A stretch of 32,000 nt of DNA from Sarcina sp. (GTDB lineage Bacteria; Bacillota; Clostridia; Clostridiales; Clostridiaceae), in assembly GCA_051650125.1 (NCBI GenBank), contig JBOFIK010000013.1, forward strand, positions 90,530-122,529, written 5' to 3'. Positions 15,500-24,423 of the stretch are shown here, piece by piece. The translations under genes were made by a program, and so were the position numbers. Positions within the stretch are counted from its first letter, which is position 1. Each line of letters starts with the position of its first letter. The notes under the pieces were generated by a model, which worked only from the letters and a program-made list of their open reading frames with translations, did not search any database and was not told the DNA's origin.

Positions 15500-16252
15500 A
15501 TGAGTAGAGTTATAGAAGTAAAGAATTTAGATTTTTATTATGAAGATAAATTAGCCTTGAACAATATAAATATAAGTATAGAAAAAAATAAGGTTATAGC
15601 ACTTATAGGACCATCAGGATGTGGTAAATCTACATTTTTAAGATGTTTAAATAGAATGAATGATATTATAGAAAACACTAAATATAAAGGAAGTATACAG
15701 ATTAACGGTGAAGATATACTAAAGAAAACAGATACTATTGAACTAAGAAAAAAAGTTGGAATGGTGTTTCAAAAGCCGAATCCATTTCCAAAAAGCATAT
15801 TTGAAAATATAATTTATGCACCTAAAAGGTTTGGGTTAAAAGATAAAAATAAACTGAGTGAATTAGTAGAAACAAGTTTAAAAGATGTTGGGTTATATGA
15901 AGAGGTAAAGGATAAATTAAATAAATTAGCATTTGGACTATCTGGTGGTCAACAACAAAGACTTTGCATCGCAAGGGCAATAGTTGCAAAACCAGAAATA
16001 ATACTTATGGACGAGCCTACATCAGCATTAGATCCAGTATCGACTATAAAGATAGAAGAACTTATAAAAGACCTTAAAAAAGATTACACAGTCATTATAG
16101 TAACTCATAATATGGAACAAGCTTATAGAATAGCAGATTATACAGGTTTTTTCTTAAATGGAGAACTTATAGAGTTTAATACAACAGAAAATATATTTAA
16201 ATACCCAGAAAGAATACAAACTAGAGATTATATAAATGGAATATTTGGGTAA
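15500..16252 (+). CDS. pstB: Phosphate ABC transporter ATP-binding protein PstB (copy 1)
   Basis: Walker [10 protein letters not shown], signature [13 protein letters not shown], Walker [12 protein letters not shown], and the PstB-typical FLRCLNRMND. The start ATG 15500 (MSRVIEVKNL) parallels copy 2. GTG 15488 is an alternative. Confidence 0.92.
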   Translation: MSRVIEVKNLDFYYEDKLALNNINISIEKNKVIALIGPSGCGKSTFLRCLNRMNDIIENTKYKGSIQINGEDILKKTDTIELRKKVGMVFQKPNPFPKSIFENIIYAPKRFGLKDKNKLSELVETSLKDVGLYEEVKDKLNKLAFGLSGGQQQRLCIARAIVAKPEIILMDEPTSALDPVSTIKIEELIKDLKKDYTVIIVTHNMEQAYRIADYTGFFLNGELIEFNTTENIFKYPERIQTRDYINGIFG

Positions 16253-16274
16253 ATAAAACATGGGAGCGAAAAAG

Positions 16275-17015
16275 ATGAGCAATATAATAGAAGTGAAAAA
16301 TTTAGAGTTATATTATGGAGATAAAAAAGCATTAGATAAAATTAATATAGATATAGAAAAAAATAAAGTGACAGCACTTATAGGACCATCTGGTTGTGGT
16401 AAATCAACATTTTTAAGATGCATTAATAGAATGAATGATGTAATTGAAGGTGTAAAAATAAATGGGGATATAACATACAATCAAAAAGATATAGAAAAAG
16501 ATTTTGATGTTTTAGAATTAAGAAGATATATAGGGATGGTATTCCAAAAGCCTAATCCATTTCCAATGAGCATACATGACAACATAGCTTTTGCACTTAG
16601 AATACATGGAATAACCGAAAAAAAGATAATAGATGAGATAGTAAGACGCTCATTAATAAAAGTTGGATTATATGAAGAGGTTAGAATGAGACTTGATTCA
16701 TTAGCACTTAGTTTATCAGGAGGACAACAACAAAGACTTTGTATTGCAAGAACAATAGCGATAGAGCCAGATATAATTTTAATGGATGAACCTACATCAG
16801 CACTAGATCCCATATCAACAAAAGTAATAGAAGATTTGATAGAAATTCTTAAAAATGATTATACGGTTGTTATAGTAACTCATAATATGGCACAAGCTAA
16901 AAGGATAGCAGATTATGTTGCATATTTTTATGAGGGAGAAATTAAAGCATTTGGGAATACAGAAAATATATTAGCTCAAAATTTATTTGAAGGGATACAA
17001 AAAAAGCAAGGGTAG
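16275..17015 (+). CDS. pstB: Phosphate ABC transporter ATP-binding protein PstB (copy 2)
   Basis: Same motifs as copy 1. Start at ATG 16275 ([10 protein letters not shown]) with a GGGAG RBS 8 nt upstream. Confidence 0.92.
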   Translation: MSNIIEVKNLELYYGDKKALDKINIDIEKNKVTALIGPSGCGKSTFLRCINRMNDVIEGVKINGDITYNQKDIEKDFDVLELRRYIGMVFQKPNPFPMSIHDNIAFALRIHGITEKKIIDEIVRRSLIKVGLYEEVRMRLDSLALSLSGGQQQRLCIARTIAIEPDIILMDEPTSALDPISTKVIEDLIEILKNDYTVVIVTHNMAQAKRIADYVAYFYEGEIKAFGNTENILAQNLFEGIQKKQG

Positions 17016-17035
17016 TGTTACCTTGCTTTTTTTTG
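17002..17035 (+). terminator. Rho-independent terminator of the pst operon
   Basis: Stem AAAGCAAGG / CCTTGCTTT overlapping the stop codon, followed by a T-run of 8. Confidence 0.85.
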
Positions 17036-17321
17036 CGTTATTTTTTAGTTTAAGAATTAAAAAAACTTATAATTATATTTTAGGGATATAATTAATGTTT
17101 ACATTTTGAATTTAAGATATGTGTGATCATTAAATTCTATTACACCTATAAATGATAACTATTCTCATATATTACTATATGTTAATAGTAATATATATAT
17201 TATAATAAGTCAATAAAAAAATATAATTTTTTGATAAAGTACAAAATATATATGAAAAAATTATTTTATGTGATAAATCATTATAATATTGAAAATTACA
17301 CAGAAGATTGCAAAATGGTTA

Positions 17322-17358
17322 AAATAAAAAAATAACACCTTATTCTAGGTGTTATTTG
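17322..17358 (-). terminator. Terminator of the DUF3284-like gene
   Basis: Stem AAATAACACCT / AGGTGTTATTT, with a T-run on the minus strand. Confidence 0.75.
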
Positions 17359-17374
17359 AAAAAAGAGTAAGAAG

Positions 17375-17935
17375 CTACTCTGATATATTTTCTTTTTCTT
17401 TAACAATATCTAAAATATCTTCTGTTACAGCTGACTCGCTTATAAGAGCAATTGTATCATCTGATTCGATTTCAGATTTCTTTTTAGGTTCAGTTCTTTC
17501 TTTTTGATTTGCAAGTTCTATTTCAAGAGCTTGTTTAAGAAAACTAAATCTAGTTTTAAATCTGTTTTTAAAGAACATTGTTTGCACGAAGTAGTTAATT
17601 GCGACAAAGAAACCCTCACCAGCTTGATGTTCTTGTAGTGTTAAAATAGTAGTGTTAGCATCGACAACCTCAAGTTCATATCTTGATACAAAAGTAGTTT
17701 GAGTTTTAGAAGTCACAGTAGTTATTTCATAAACCTCATTTTCTTTATAATCAGTAATTTCTACATAGGCTTCGGCACTTTTAGTGGCATAATGACCTAT
17801 TGTTTTTTTTGTAGAAGTCCCAATAGCCTCTTTTTCATTAAACCTTGGAAAATCTTGCTTTATCATTTTTTTGAAAATTTTAAAAATTTCTTTAGCTGAA
17901 TAGTTAATTTCTGCCGTTTCTTTGAATCCTTTCAA
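17375..17935 (-). CDS. DUF3284-like / SRPBCC-like protein with an acidic C-terminal tail
   Basis: TTG start with a GAGGTGA RBS. By recollection, the ~140-aa N-terminal domain resembles the DUF3284 proteins often found beside cellobiose-type PTS genes. It is separated from the IIC gene by a terminator, so it has its own transcript. Confidence 0.5.
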   Translation of the reverse strand: MKGFKETAEINYSAKEIFKIFKKMIKQDFPRFNEKEAIGTSTKKTIGHYATKSAEAYVEITDYKENEVYEITTVTSKTQTTFVSRYELEVVDANTTILTLQEHQAGEGFFVAINYFVQTMFFKNRFKTRFSFLKQALEIELANQKERTEPKKKSEIESDDTIALISESAVTEDILDIVKEKENISE

Positions 17936-18060
17936 ATTAAATCACCTCTAACTTTTTTATATAAAAATTATACTATAAAAATATATATAAACAATGAATA
18001 AGATTGCATAATAATAAAATGTAATGATTAAGTAAGAATAGAAGAGTGTAGTGTAGATAA

Positions 18061-18091
18061 ATAAAAATGGTATGAGGCAAAGCCTCATACC
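18061..18091 (-). terminator. Terminator after the PTS IIC gene
   Basis: 10-bp perfect GC-containing stem GGTATGAGGC / GCCTCATACC, with a T-run on the minus strand. Confidence 0.85.
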
Positions 18092-18125
18092 ATAAATTTT
18101 ACTACAATCTGATTTTTACTATTTA

Positions 18126-19523
18126 TTAAGCTTCTTCTCTGTTTGAAGCTATGATAAATGGTGTGTATATTAATACTGCTAAAGCGAATAATCCAGCAGC
18201 AAGTATTGCAGCTTTGAAATCTCCACCTGTTGCAAGGAATGCACTAAGCACTGGAGGTGTTGTCCATGGTGTTTCAACACATATCTTATTAGCAAATGGT
18301 ATTATCTCTGTAAAGATATACGCTATTGTTAAACAGATAGCTGGTGTGAATACGAATGGTATGAACATTACTGGGTTTAATACAAGTGGCATACCGAAGA
18401 TTACTGGCTCGTTGATTTGGAATAAACCTGGAGCGATAGCAAGCTTGAATAATTCTCTTTGTTCTTGTTTCTTAGCGAAGAAGAATATTGCAACAAGTAA
18501 TGCAAGTGTAGCACCTGATCCACCTGGTTGAGCATAAACGTCTACGAAGTTTCTTGTTAATGTTTGCATAGCTTCTTGACCTAAACCACTTTGGTATGCT
18601 GCCATATTGTCTAGTAGTGGAGGTCTGTACATTGTGTTCATAGCTGGATCGATAATGTTTGATCCATGTAATCCGAAGAACCATAATAATTGTGAGAAAA
18701 GAACTAACCCAATATAAGTTACTGGAGATTGTCCAAGACTTACAAGAGGCTCTTGAATGAATTTATTAACAGTAGCAAGGAATGGTAATTCAATAAAGTT
18801 AGTGAATATAACTCCTACGATACTGAAGAATAATATTGTAATTGCAGCTGGAATGATTGATGAGAAGGCCTTAGCTACTGCTGGAGGTACCTGCTCTGGC
18901 ATTTTAAATGTCCATCCTGCTTTAGTAATCATAACGAATAATTGAGTAGCAATCATAGCTACGATAATACTTGCGAACATTGCTGTTGAACCAAAGTCAC
19001 CTATTGCAATTTGTCCCCACGTATTTACTGTTGCTTGAGTTGCACCATTTAAGACATCAGCAGCAACTTCTACTGCACCATCAGCGTTTGCAAATGACAT
19101 GATATCTCCTGTTTTAGGATTAAGTTCTGAAAGTATTGCGAAGTAAGAAGCGATAGCTGTAACTGCAGCTCCTATTCCGTCTACTTCATAAGATTTAGCA
19201 AGGCTATATGATATTGTTACAACTAAGAATATTGCTATAATAGCTAGTGTTGCCCACCAAACTCTTCCCATTACTGGAATAACGTATTTGTCAAATATAG
19301 GTTGTACACTTTCAGCGTACCCTGCTGATTTGTTTAATTCTTTACCTATTAAAGAACCGCTTGTAAATATAATATTATTGAATAATACAGCCATGGCTCC
19401 AACCATGTTAACTCCTAGAGTAGCTATAAAACCGTCTCTTAAAGCACCAAGGTGTCTTTGTCCACCGATTACGGCAGCGATAGGCATTAGAACTTTCTCT
19501 AACCAACCACTAAGTTTGTTCAT
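18126..19523 (-). CDS. PTS lactose/cellobiose-family EIIC permease
   Basis: 465 aa, multi-TM. The N-terminus LEKVLMPIAAVIGGQRHLGALRDGF is typical of CelB/LicC-type IIC proteins. RBS AGGGGGA. Confidence 0.9.
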   Translation of the reverse strand: MNKLSGWLEKVLMPIAAVIGGQRHLGALRDGFIATLGVNMVGAMAVLFNNIIFTSGSLIGKELNKSAGYAESVQPIFDKYVIPVMGRVWWATLAIIAIFLVVTISYSLAKSYEVDGIGAAVTAIASYFAILSELNPKTGDIMSFANADGAVEVAADVLNGATQATVNTWGQIAIGDFGSTAMFASIIVAMIATQLFVMITKAGWTFKMPEQVPPAVAKAFSSIIPAAITILFFSIVGVIFTNFIELPFLATVNKFIQEPLVSLGQSPVTYIGLVLFSQLLWFFGLHGSNIIDPAMNTMYRPPLLDNMAAYQSGLGQEAMQTLTRNFVDVYAQPGGSGATLALLVAIFFFAKKQEQRELFKLAIAPGLFQINEPVIFGMPLVLNPVMFIPFVFTPAICLTIAYIFTEIIPFANKICVETPWTTPPVLSAFLATGGDFKAAILAAGLFALAVLIYTPFIIASNREEA

Positions 19524-19643
19524 TGATAATTCCCCCTGAATATTAAATTTTAAAAATAAATCTATAATAAATTATTTTTAAGCGTAACTAAAAATTTTTA
19601 ATGATTAAGATAAATTATTGCAGTAATCTTAATCAAAAATTGA

Positions 19644-19943
19644 TTATTTCATTAATCCTAAAGCTTGATCTAAAACAGCAGATCCATCAATTTTTCCATA
19701 AGCTCTCATATCGATTACTTCGATTGGCTTTTCTGGAAGAGCAGTAGATACTTCTCTTAACATGAATCTTACTTGAGGTCCTAAAAGTATTACGTCAGCA
19801 TTTTTTGCTATCTCTCTGTAAGTACCTGAGCCAGTAGCAGATATATCAAGCTCTAATCCTCTATCTGTAGCTGCTTTTTGCATTTTTGTTACTAGTAATG
19901 ATGTTGACATTCCAGCAGAACAAACTAATAATATTTTTTTCAT
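19644..19943 (-). CDS. PTS lactose/cellobiose-family EIIB (catalytic Cys present)
   Basis: MKKILLVCSAGMSTSLLV P-loop with the phospho-Cys, and DVILLGPQVRF. 99 aa. Confidence 0.88.
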   Translation of the reverse strand: MKKILLVCSAGMSTSLLVTKMQKAATDRGLELDISATGSGTYREIAKNADVILLGPQVRFMLREVSTALPEKPIEVIDMRAYGKIDGSAVLDQALGLMK

Positions 19944-20007
19944 AATAAAAACCCCTTTCCCTTTACAATTAAAAATTTATTTTAAATCTTTTATATCAAG
20001 TATAAAA

Positions 20008-20343
20008 TCAACTATTTTCAGAAAGTAGTTGTAAAGCAGAAGATAATATATTATCAACTTTGAGTAGACCGTAATCTAATCCTTTAACAACACCTACTGG
20101 AATTATTTCATTTTTATTAGATACAAGAGATTTGAAATCTTTTAGCTTATATGCAATTTGAGGAGCGAGTAGTATAAGACTATAATCGCTATTGAAATCT
20201 TTAAATTTATCAAGTGGAATTGCTTCAATTGATAAATTTATTTTTTTATCGTTTGATGCATTAAGCTGTTTTATATAATCTTCAAGTCGTTTTACTACTA
20301 AACTAGAAGACATCCCAGCACAACATATAAACAATATTTTCAA
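20008..20343 (-). CDS. Second PTS lactose/cellobiose-family EIIB paralogue (Cys present)
   Basis: MKILFICCAGMSSSLVV and LILLAPQIAY. TTG start with a GAGGTGA RBS. Confidence 0.8.
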   Translation of the reverse strand: MKILFICCAGMSSSLVVKRLEDYIKQLNASNDKKINLSIEAIPLDKFKDFNSDYSLILLAPQIAYKLKDFKSLVSNKNEIIPVGVVKGLDYGLLKVDNILSSALQLLSENS

Positions 20344-20411
20344 AGTTAATCACCTCAGTTGCTGTTAGTTTTAAAAATTATTTATTTATTTAATTTTACA
20401 CTTATTTATAT

Positions 20412-20427
20412 AGCAAGACGCGTGCCA
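20412..20427 (-). promoter_or_regulatory. Sigma-54 (-24/-12) promoter of the PTS operon
   Basis: The minus strand reads TGGCAC-GCGTC-TTGCT, an exact match to TGGCAC-N5-TTGCW. It lies ~70 nt upstream of the first IIB start and downstream of the LevR-like gene's terminator. Confidence 0.85.
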
Positions 20428-20649
20428 ACTTTTCAAAGTGGCTATTTTTCTAACTTTATAATTTTACAAATATACTAATGTATATCTAAAAAGATAATGT
20501 TTTCAGAAAAACATATATATTTTTATACAGATATAATGGAAACATATACAGATTGAAGAAATAATGAAATGAAAAGGATTTAATGTGAATAAAAAGCCTT
20601 TAGGGCTGTGAAAAATAAGAAAAAATATTTCACGTTAGAGTTATTAAGA

Positions 20650-20704
20650 GAAAAAGAAAAGTCATAAACAATTAAGGAAAATATCCTAATTGTTTATGAC
20701 TTTT
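20650..20704 (-). terminator. Terminator of the LevR-like regulator gene
   Basis: ~20-bp stem AAAAGTCATAAACAATTAAGG / CCTAATTGTTTATGACTTTT with a 1-nt bulge, and a T-rich tail on the minus strand. Confidence 0.75.
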
Positions 20705-20784
20705 GTAATTTCAACTTAAGATTTTAACATGAGTTTTTAATGGGAAAGTATATTTTAATGAAAAAAATCTACTATTAAGTATAC

Positions 20785-23517
20785 TTACAATTCCTTAACG
20801 GTTCTAATAATGAAACAGATTTCATCATCAGAAAAAATTAAACCAAGTTTTGATTCGAATGAAACAAATAAGCTTTTTAATTTATAAAAGTCTTGTTTGT
20901 AATCAAGTAAAATATTTTCTTTAATTCCACAACTGATGTTTGAGTCATTATTTAATTTAATTCTTTCAAGTGCACAAGTTGTATGAAGTATAAGGCCTAT
21001 AGCTGTATTTTCAGTTAGAGTTATATTTAAATCATCATGTATAAACTTAAGAAGGCCTAAAATGAATTCTTCATAAACATTTTCATCTATAATGTTTTTA
21101 ATCTTATCTTTATGTGTATTTATTATAGTAGAAAGGGTATCAACACAAGTATTATTTACTAAAGTTTTTAGACCCGTTAAATTAGAATCTTTAAATACAT
21201 CAGATATTGGAATAAAAGGAACACCAAATATTTGGGGATTAAATGTTCCAACAATTGCAATAATATTTTTGTTATCGCCAAGTGAGTTTACTGTCGAGTA
21301 AAACTGCTGAACAGTATCTATATTAAGTGGTATTATTTGCAATTTATATTTTTCTGTATCAATTTTTTTCATTAATATTTCTTTTAATATTACAGCACTA
21401 CCCTCTCCAGTAGAGCAAGTTGTAATTATTATATTTTCATTTTTAACTTTAAAGTTATCTTTTAAATTGTTTATATTTGAATCTATATAGTTAAGATGGC
21501 TTTCTTGAACGGAATACCAAATGTTTTCCATATCTTTGTCGATAATAGATTTTCTAGCACACTCTAAAACAGTAAGAGTAGAAGCCATTTCGATTACTTT
21601 AATTTTAATCCCAGTTTCTTCTTCTATTAATGACGAGAACATTTTAAGTGAACCCATATCTACTAACAATAAGACTCCAGCACCTTTATGGTTTTCAATT
21701 ATTAAGTCTTTTAATTCTTGATAAGCAATAGTAGCACTTTTGTCAAGGCTCATGTTATAGGGATATATATTATGTGCATTGATAAGTTTTCTAGCTACAT
21801 CAGCCATTGAAGTTGCAGTAGATTGACCATGCATAGCAACTACTACAATAGGATGACTAATTTCATCAAGGTCAGGATTTTTTCCAAGTGTAAGGAAGAG
21901 TGCTATAAAGCCAACTTCATCAAGTGGTAGTTTTATAGAAAACTTTTTTTCAATCCTACTTGCAAAAGTAAGAGACAATGCATATTCATCTCTATGTTCT
22001 TGAATTATAGATTGAAGAGTAGGGTTTGTAATATCTTTTCCAGAGTGAATTCTTTTAATTGTAGAGTCTAAGTGTAAGCATAGACCATAAAAAGTTTTAC
22101 TAGGGAAAATTCTACCTAGCCCAGTAACAGCTATATTTATGAAATCTTCAACAAGTTCAATTATATCTGGGGAAACAAGCTTTGCAATTTCTTCCTTATT
22201 AATATCTTTATCAAAGTCAGACACAAGTTTTTTAAAATAGCTATTAATCTCATTAGTAAGAACTATATTTATATCTTCCTCATCAACGCCACGCTTTTGG
22301 TAAGCTTCTATTTTATCAGCCATTGATTCATAAAAGTTATCTGGAAGTTCTCCTTTTACAATTTCAAGAACTTCTTCAGAACCATTAGATTTAAAAGAAA
22401 GTTGTTTATCTGATTGAACAACTAAATCAATTTCATCCATGTGGTTTTTATATAAAATTAGACCTTGTTTTACATGTGGGGCAAAATCTGTGTTTAAAAG
22501 TTTTATGGCTTTTTCGCCTTTAGATATACACTTTAAAAATGCATTAGCACATCCAAGTTGTATATCGCTTTTAAGTTGCCCTATATTTGCAGGACAATTA
22601 TACAATAGAAGACATCTAAGGCTATTTGGAGAAATTATAATTTCCTTTCCTATTCTAGCAGCCTCTATTCTAAGGAATTCACAAATAAGTTCAAACCTTT
22701 CATTATATGTCCGATCTGTAAGTGAAGGCAGTGTTATATTCATTGGCATTCTTCTTCTAAATGTTTGAAGAAGAGTAGTATTTGTATTTTCTGTTGTCGC
22801 ACATATAACTAAAACTTCACTCTTTTTTACATTTTCACTTTCTCCAAGCGGTGTAAATTCACCTTTGTCCATAAGATAAAATAGCATTTCCTGACCTTCT
22901 GGTGGAAGCCTGTGTACTTCATCAAGAAATAGAATACCTTTGTTAGCTCTTTCAACAAAACCTATTTGATCTTTATCAGCACCTGTATATGCACCTTTTT
23001 TACAACCAAAAAGTCTTGAAAGTAAAAGTTGTGGATTGTTAGCATAGTCAGCGCAGTTAAATGATATAAAAGGAGCTTCTGATGTATAAATACTGCTTTC
23101 AATAGCAAATCTGTGCATCAATTCAGCAAACATAGTTTTACCAACACCTGTTTCTCCAAGTAATAGAGTATTCAGACCATGTGGTGGATAAAGCATAGCA
23201 GCTTTAGCCTGTTGTATAGAATTTTTCAAACTTTGTGTACCACCAATTATATTATCTATATTAACAATAAAAGATGCTTTATGTGATGTACTACTAGGAT
23301 TGATTTTGTACAGAACTGGTTTTCCTTTTATTTTTAATACCTTACCTTCGGTATAAAGTTCATTTAAAATTTTACTGACGTTTGCTCTTTTTATATTAAG
23401 ATTTTCTGCTAGTTCATTTGTTTCACAACCAACAATAGAAGGATTACCTTGTGTTTGTTTGTTGGAATTTTCCTCTATGTAATTTAAAACTAATTCTTTG
23501 TTAGTATAACGTTTCAC
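20785..23517 (-). CDS. Sigma-54-dependent, PRD-containing transcriptional activator (LevR/CelR type)
   Basis: N-terminal wHTH. AAA+ sigma-54 interaction domain (Walker A GETGVGKT, GAFTGA variant GAYTGA, Walker B ILFLDEVHRL). PRD regions, an EIIA-Man-like block (VVVAMHGQSTA) and an EIIB-Gat-like block (ITTCSTGEGSA). GTG start with a GAGGGTGA RBS. Confidence 0.9.
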   Translation of the reverse strand: MKRYTNKELVLNYIEENSNKQTQGNPSIVGCETNELAENLNIKRANVSKILNELYTEGKVLKIKGKPVLYKINPSSTSHKASFIVNIDNIIGGTQSLKNSIQQAKAAMLYPPHGLNTLLLGETGVGKTMFAELMHRFAIESSIYTSEAPFISFNCADYANNPQLLLSRLFGCKKGAYTGADKDQIGFVERANKGILFLDEVHRLPPEGQEMLFYLMDKGEFTPLGESENVKKSEVLVICATTENTNTTLLQTFRRRMPMNITLPSLTDRTYNERFELICEFLRIEAARIGKEIIISPNSLRCLLLYNCPANIGQLKSDIQLGCANAFLKCISKGEKAIKLLNTDFAPHVKQGLILYKNHMDEIDLVVQSDKQLSFKSNGSEEVLEIVKGELPDNFYESMADKIEAYQKRGVDEEDINIVLTNEINSYFKKLVSDFDKDINKEEIAKLVSPDIIELVEDFINIAVTGLGRIFPSKTFYGLCLHLDSTIKRIHSGKDITNPTLQSIIQEHRDEYALSLTFASRIEKKFSIKLPLDEVGFIALFLTLGKNPDLDEISHPIVVVAMHGQSTATSMADVARKLINAHNIYPYNMSLDKSATIAYQELKDLIIENHKGAGVLLLVDMGSLKMFSSLIEEETGIKIKVIEMASTLTVLECARKSIIDKDMENIWYSVQESHLNYIDSNINNLKDNFKVKNENIIITTCSTGEGSAVILKEILMKKIDTEKYKLQIIPLNIDTVQQFYSTVNSLGDNKNIIAIVGTFNPQIFGVPFIPISDVFKDSNLTGLKTLVNNTCVDTLSTIINTHKDKIKNIIDENVYEEFILGLLKFIHDDLNITLTENTAIGLILHTTCALERIKLNNDSNISCGIKENILLDYKQDFYKLKSLFVSFESKLGLIFSDDEICFIIRTVKEL

Positions 23518-23873
23518 CCAATCACCCTCTTATAAAAAATAAATTTAGTACTTACATAATATATGAAATAAAATATCGCTTAAAAAGTAAAAAATGCCTA
23601 TACTAAATTTTTACAGAAAAATGTGTTTAAAGTTTAAAGTAAGTGTGTATATTTATTAAATTTTCAAATTAAACACTTAAATCCCTTAATAGCGAAAAAA
23701 TAGCAAAAAAAGGATATAATTATTAATATTTTTTTAAAACTAAAAATATGTATAGTAAATAAGGTGAATAAAGTGAAAAGGTTAAAATTCCCAATCATAC
23801 AGATTGTATACACAACTAAACACATTTTAAAAAGGTGTTTAGAAATGTGCTATTTCAAAGGTTTTAAAAGAGT

Positions 23874-23889
23874 TGGCATAGTTTTTGCG
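23874..23889 (+). promoter_or_regulatory. Second sigma-54 (-24/-12) promoter, upstream of the EIIB-like gene
   Basis: TGGCAT-AGTTT-TTGCG with correct GG/GC spacing. It lies ~165 nt upstream of ATG 24053. An extended -10 TGTTATAAT at 23901-23909 could be an alternative sigmaA promoter. Confidence 0.65.
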
Positions 23890-24052
23890 TAAGAAATTAG
23901 TGTTATAATCAATAATAAAGTGGAGACAGATAAATTTCTAGAGTGAAGTTTGTGCAGTCTGAAAATAGAAATGGTGATAAGTAAAAAATTATGTTTCATA
24001 AAATGGTTACTTAATCCATATGATAATTTAATAAATTTAGGGGGAGTTCAAA

Positions 24053-24358
24053 ATGAAAAAGTATTTAGTAGTAAGTAAAGGATTACCACAGGCAAAAGCA
24101 TTTGAGAGAGAGGCTAGAGAATATACAGCTAAAAATAATCTTTCAGTAGAGTGGTTTTTTAATAAAGAAGTAGATTATTTAGATGTTGTTAAGACAGAGA
24201 ATATTGATGTTGTTATAATATCACCAGAAGTTTTAATTACAGAAAATAAAATAAAAGCAGAGCTTGATACAATAAATGTAGATTATTTATCAGTTAAGCC
24301 ATCAGATTTCGGTTTAAGAAGACTTGATAAAATAATGCCTTTACTTGAAGGTAGATAA
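24053..24358 (+). CDS. EIIB(cellobiose)-like protein lacking the catalytic cysteine (pseudo-EIIB)
   Basis: Same length and pattern as the two IIBs (MKKYLVVS.., DVVIISPEV versus DVILLGPQV, and a C-terminal ..LDKIM.. versus ..LDQAL..). However, the P-loop CSAGMSTS is replaced by SKGLPQAK. Strong RBS GGGGGAG. Confidence 0.55.
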   Translation: MKKYLVVSKGLPQAKAFEREAREYTAKNNLSVEWFFNKEVDYLDVVKTENIDVVIISPEVLITENKIKAELDTINVDYLSVKPSDFGLRRLDKIMPLLEGR

Positions 24359-24366
24359 AATAATAA

Positions 24367-24405
24367 TAGGCCACAGTACTTAATATGCTGTGGCTATATT
24401 TTTTG
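24367..24405 (+). terminator. Rho-independent terminator
   Basis: Stem GCCACAG / CTGTGGC followed by a T-run. Confidence 0.7.
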
Positions 24406-24423
24406 TAGGGAGAGTGGTAATTT

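Noticed and set aside
17252-17335. 27-codon ORF (MKKLFYVINHYNIENYTEDCKMVKIKK) in the AT-rich gap
   Set aside because: No Shine-Dalgarno sequence lies upstream. Its length is expected by chance in this composition.
23505-23520. cre-like sequence GTGAAACGTTATAC at the start of the LevR-like gene
   Set aside because: The spacing between TG and CG is one base short of the CcpA cre consensus (TGWAANCGNTNWCA). The sequence is simply the first codons of the gene (MKRYT).
23772-23892. Small ORF (about 40 codons from GTG 23772) in the levR/EIIB-like intergenic region
   Set aside because: It overlaps the -24/-12 promoter element and the inverted repeats. A weak AAGGTG lies upstream, but the ORF is most simply explained as chance in regulatory DNA.
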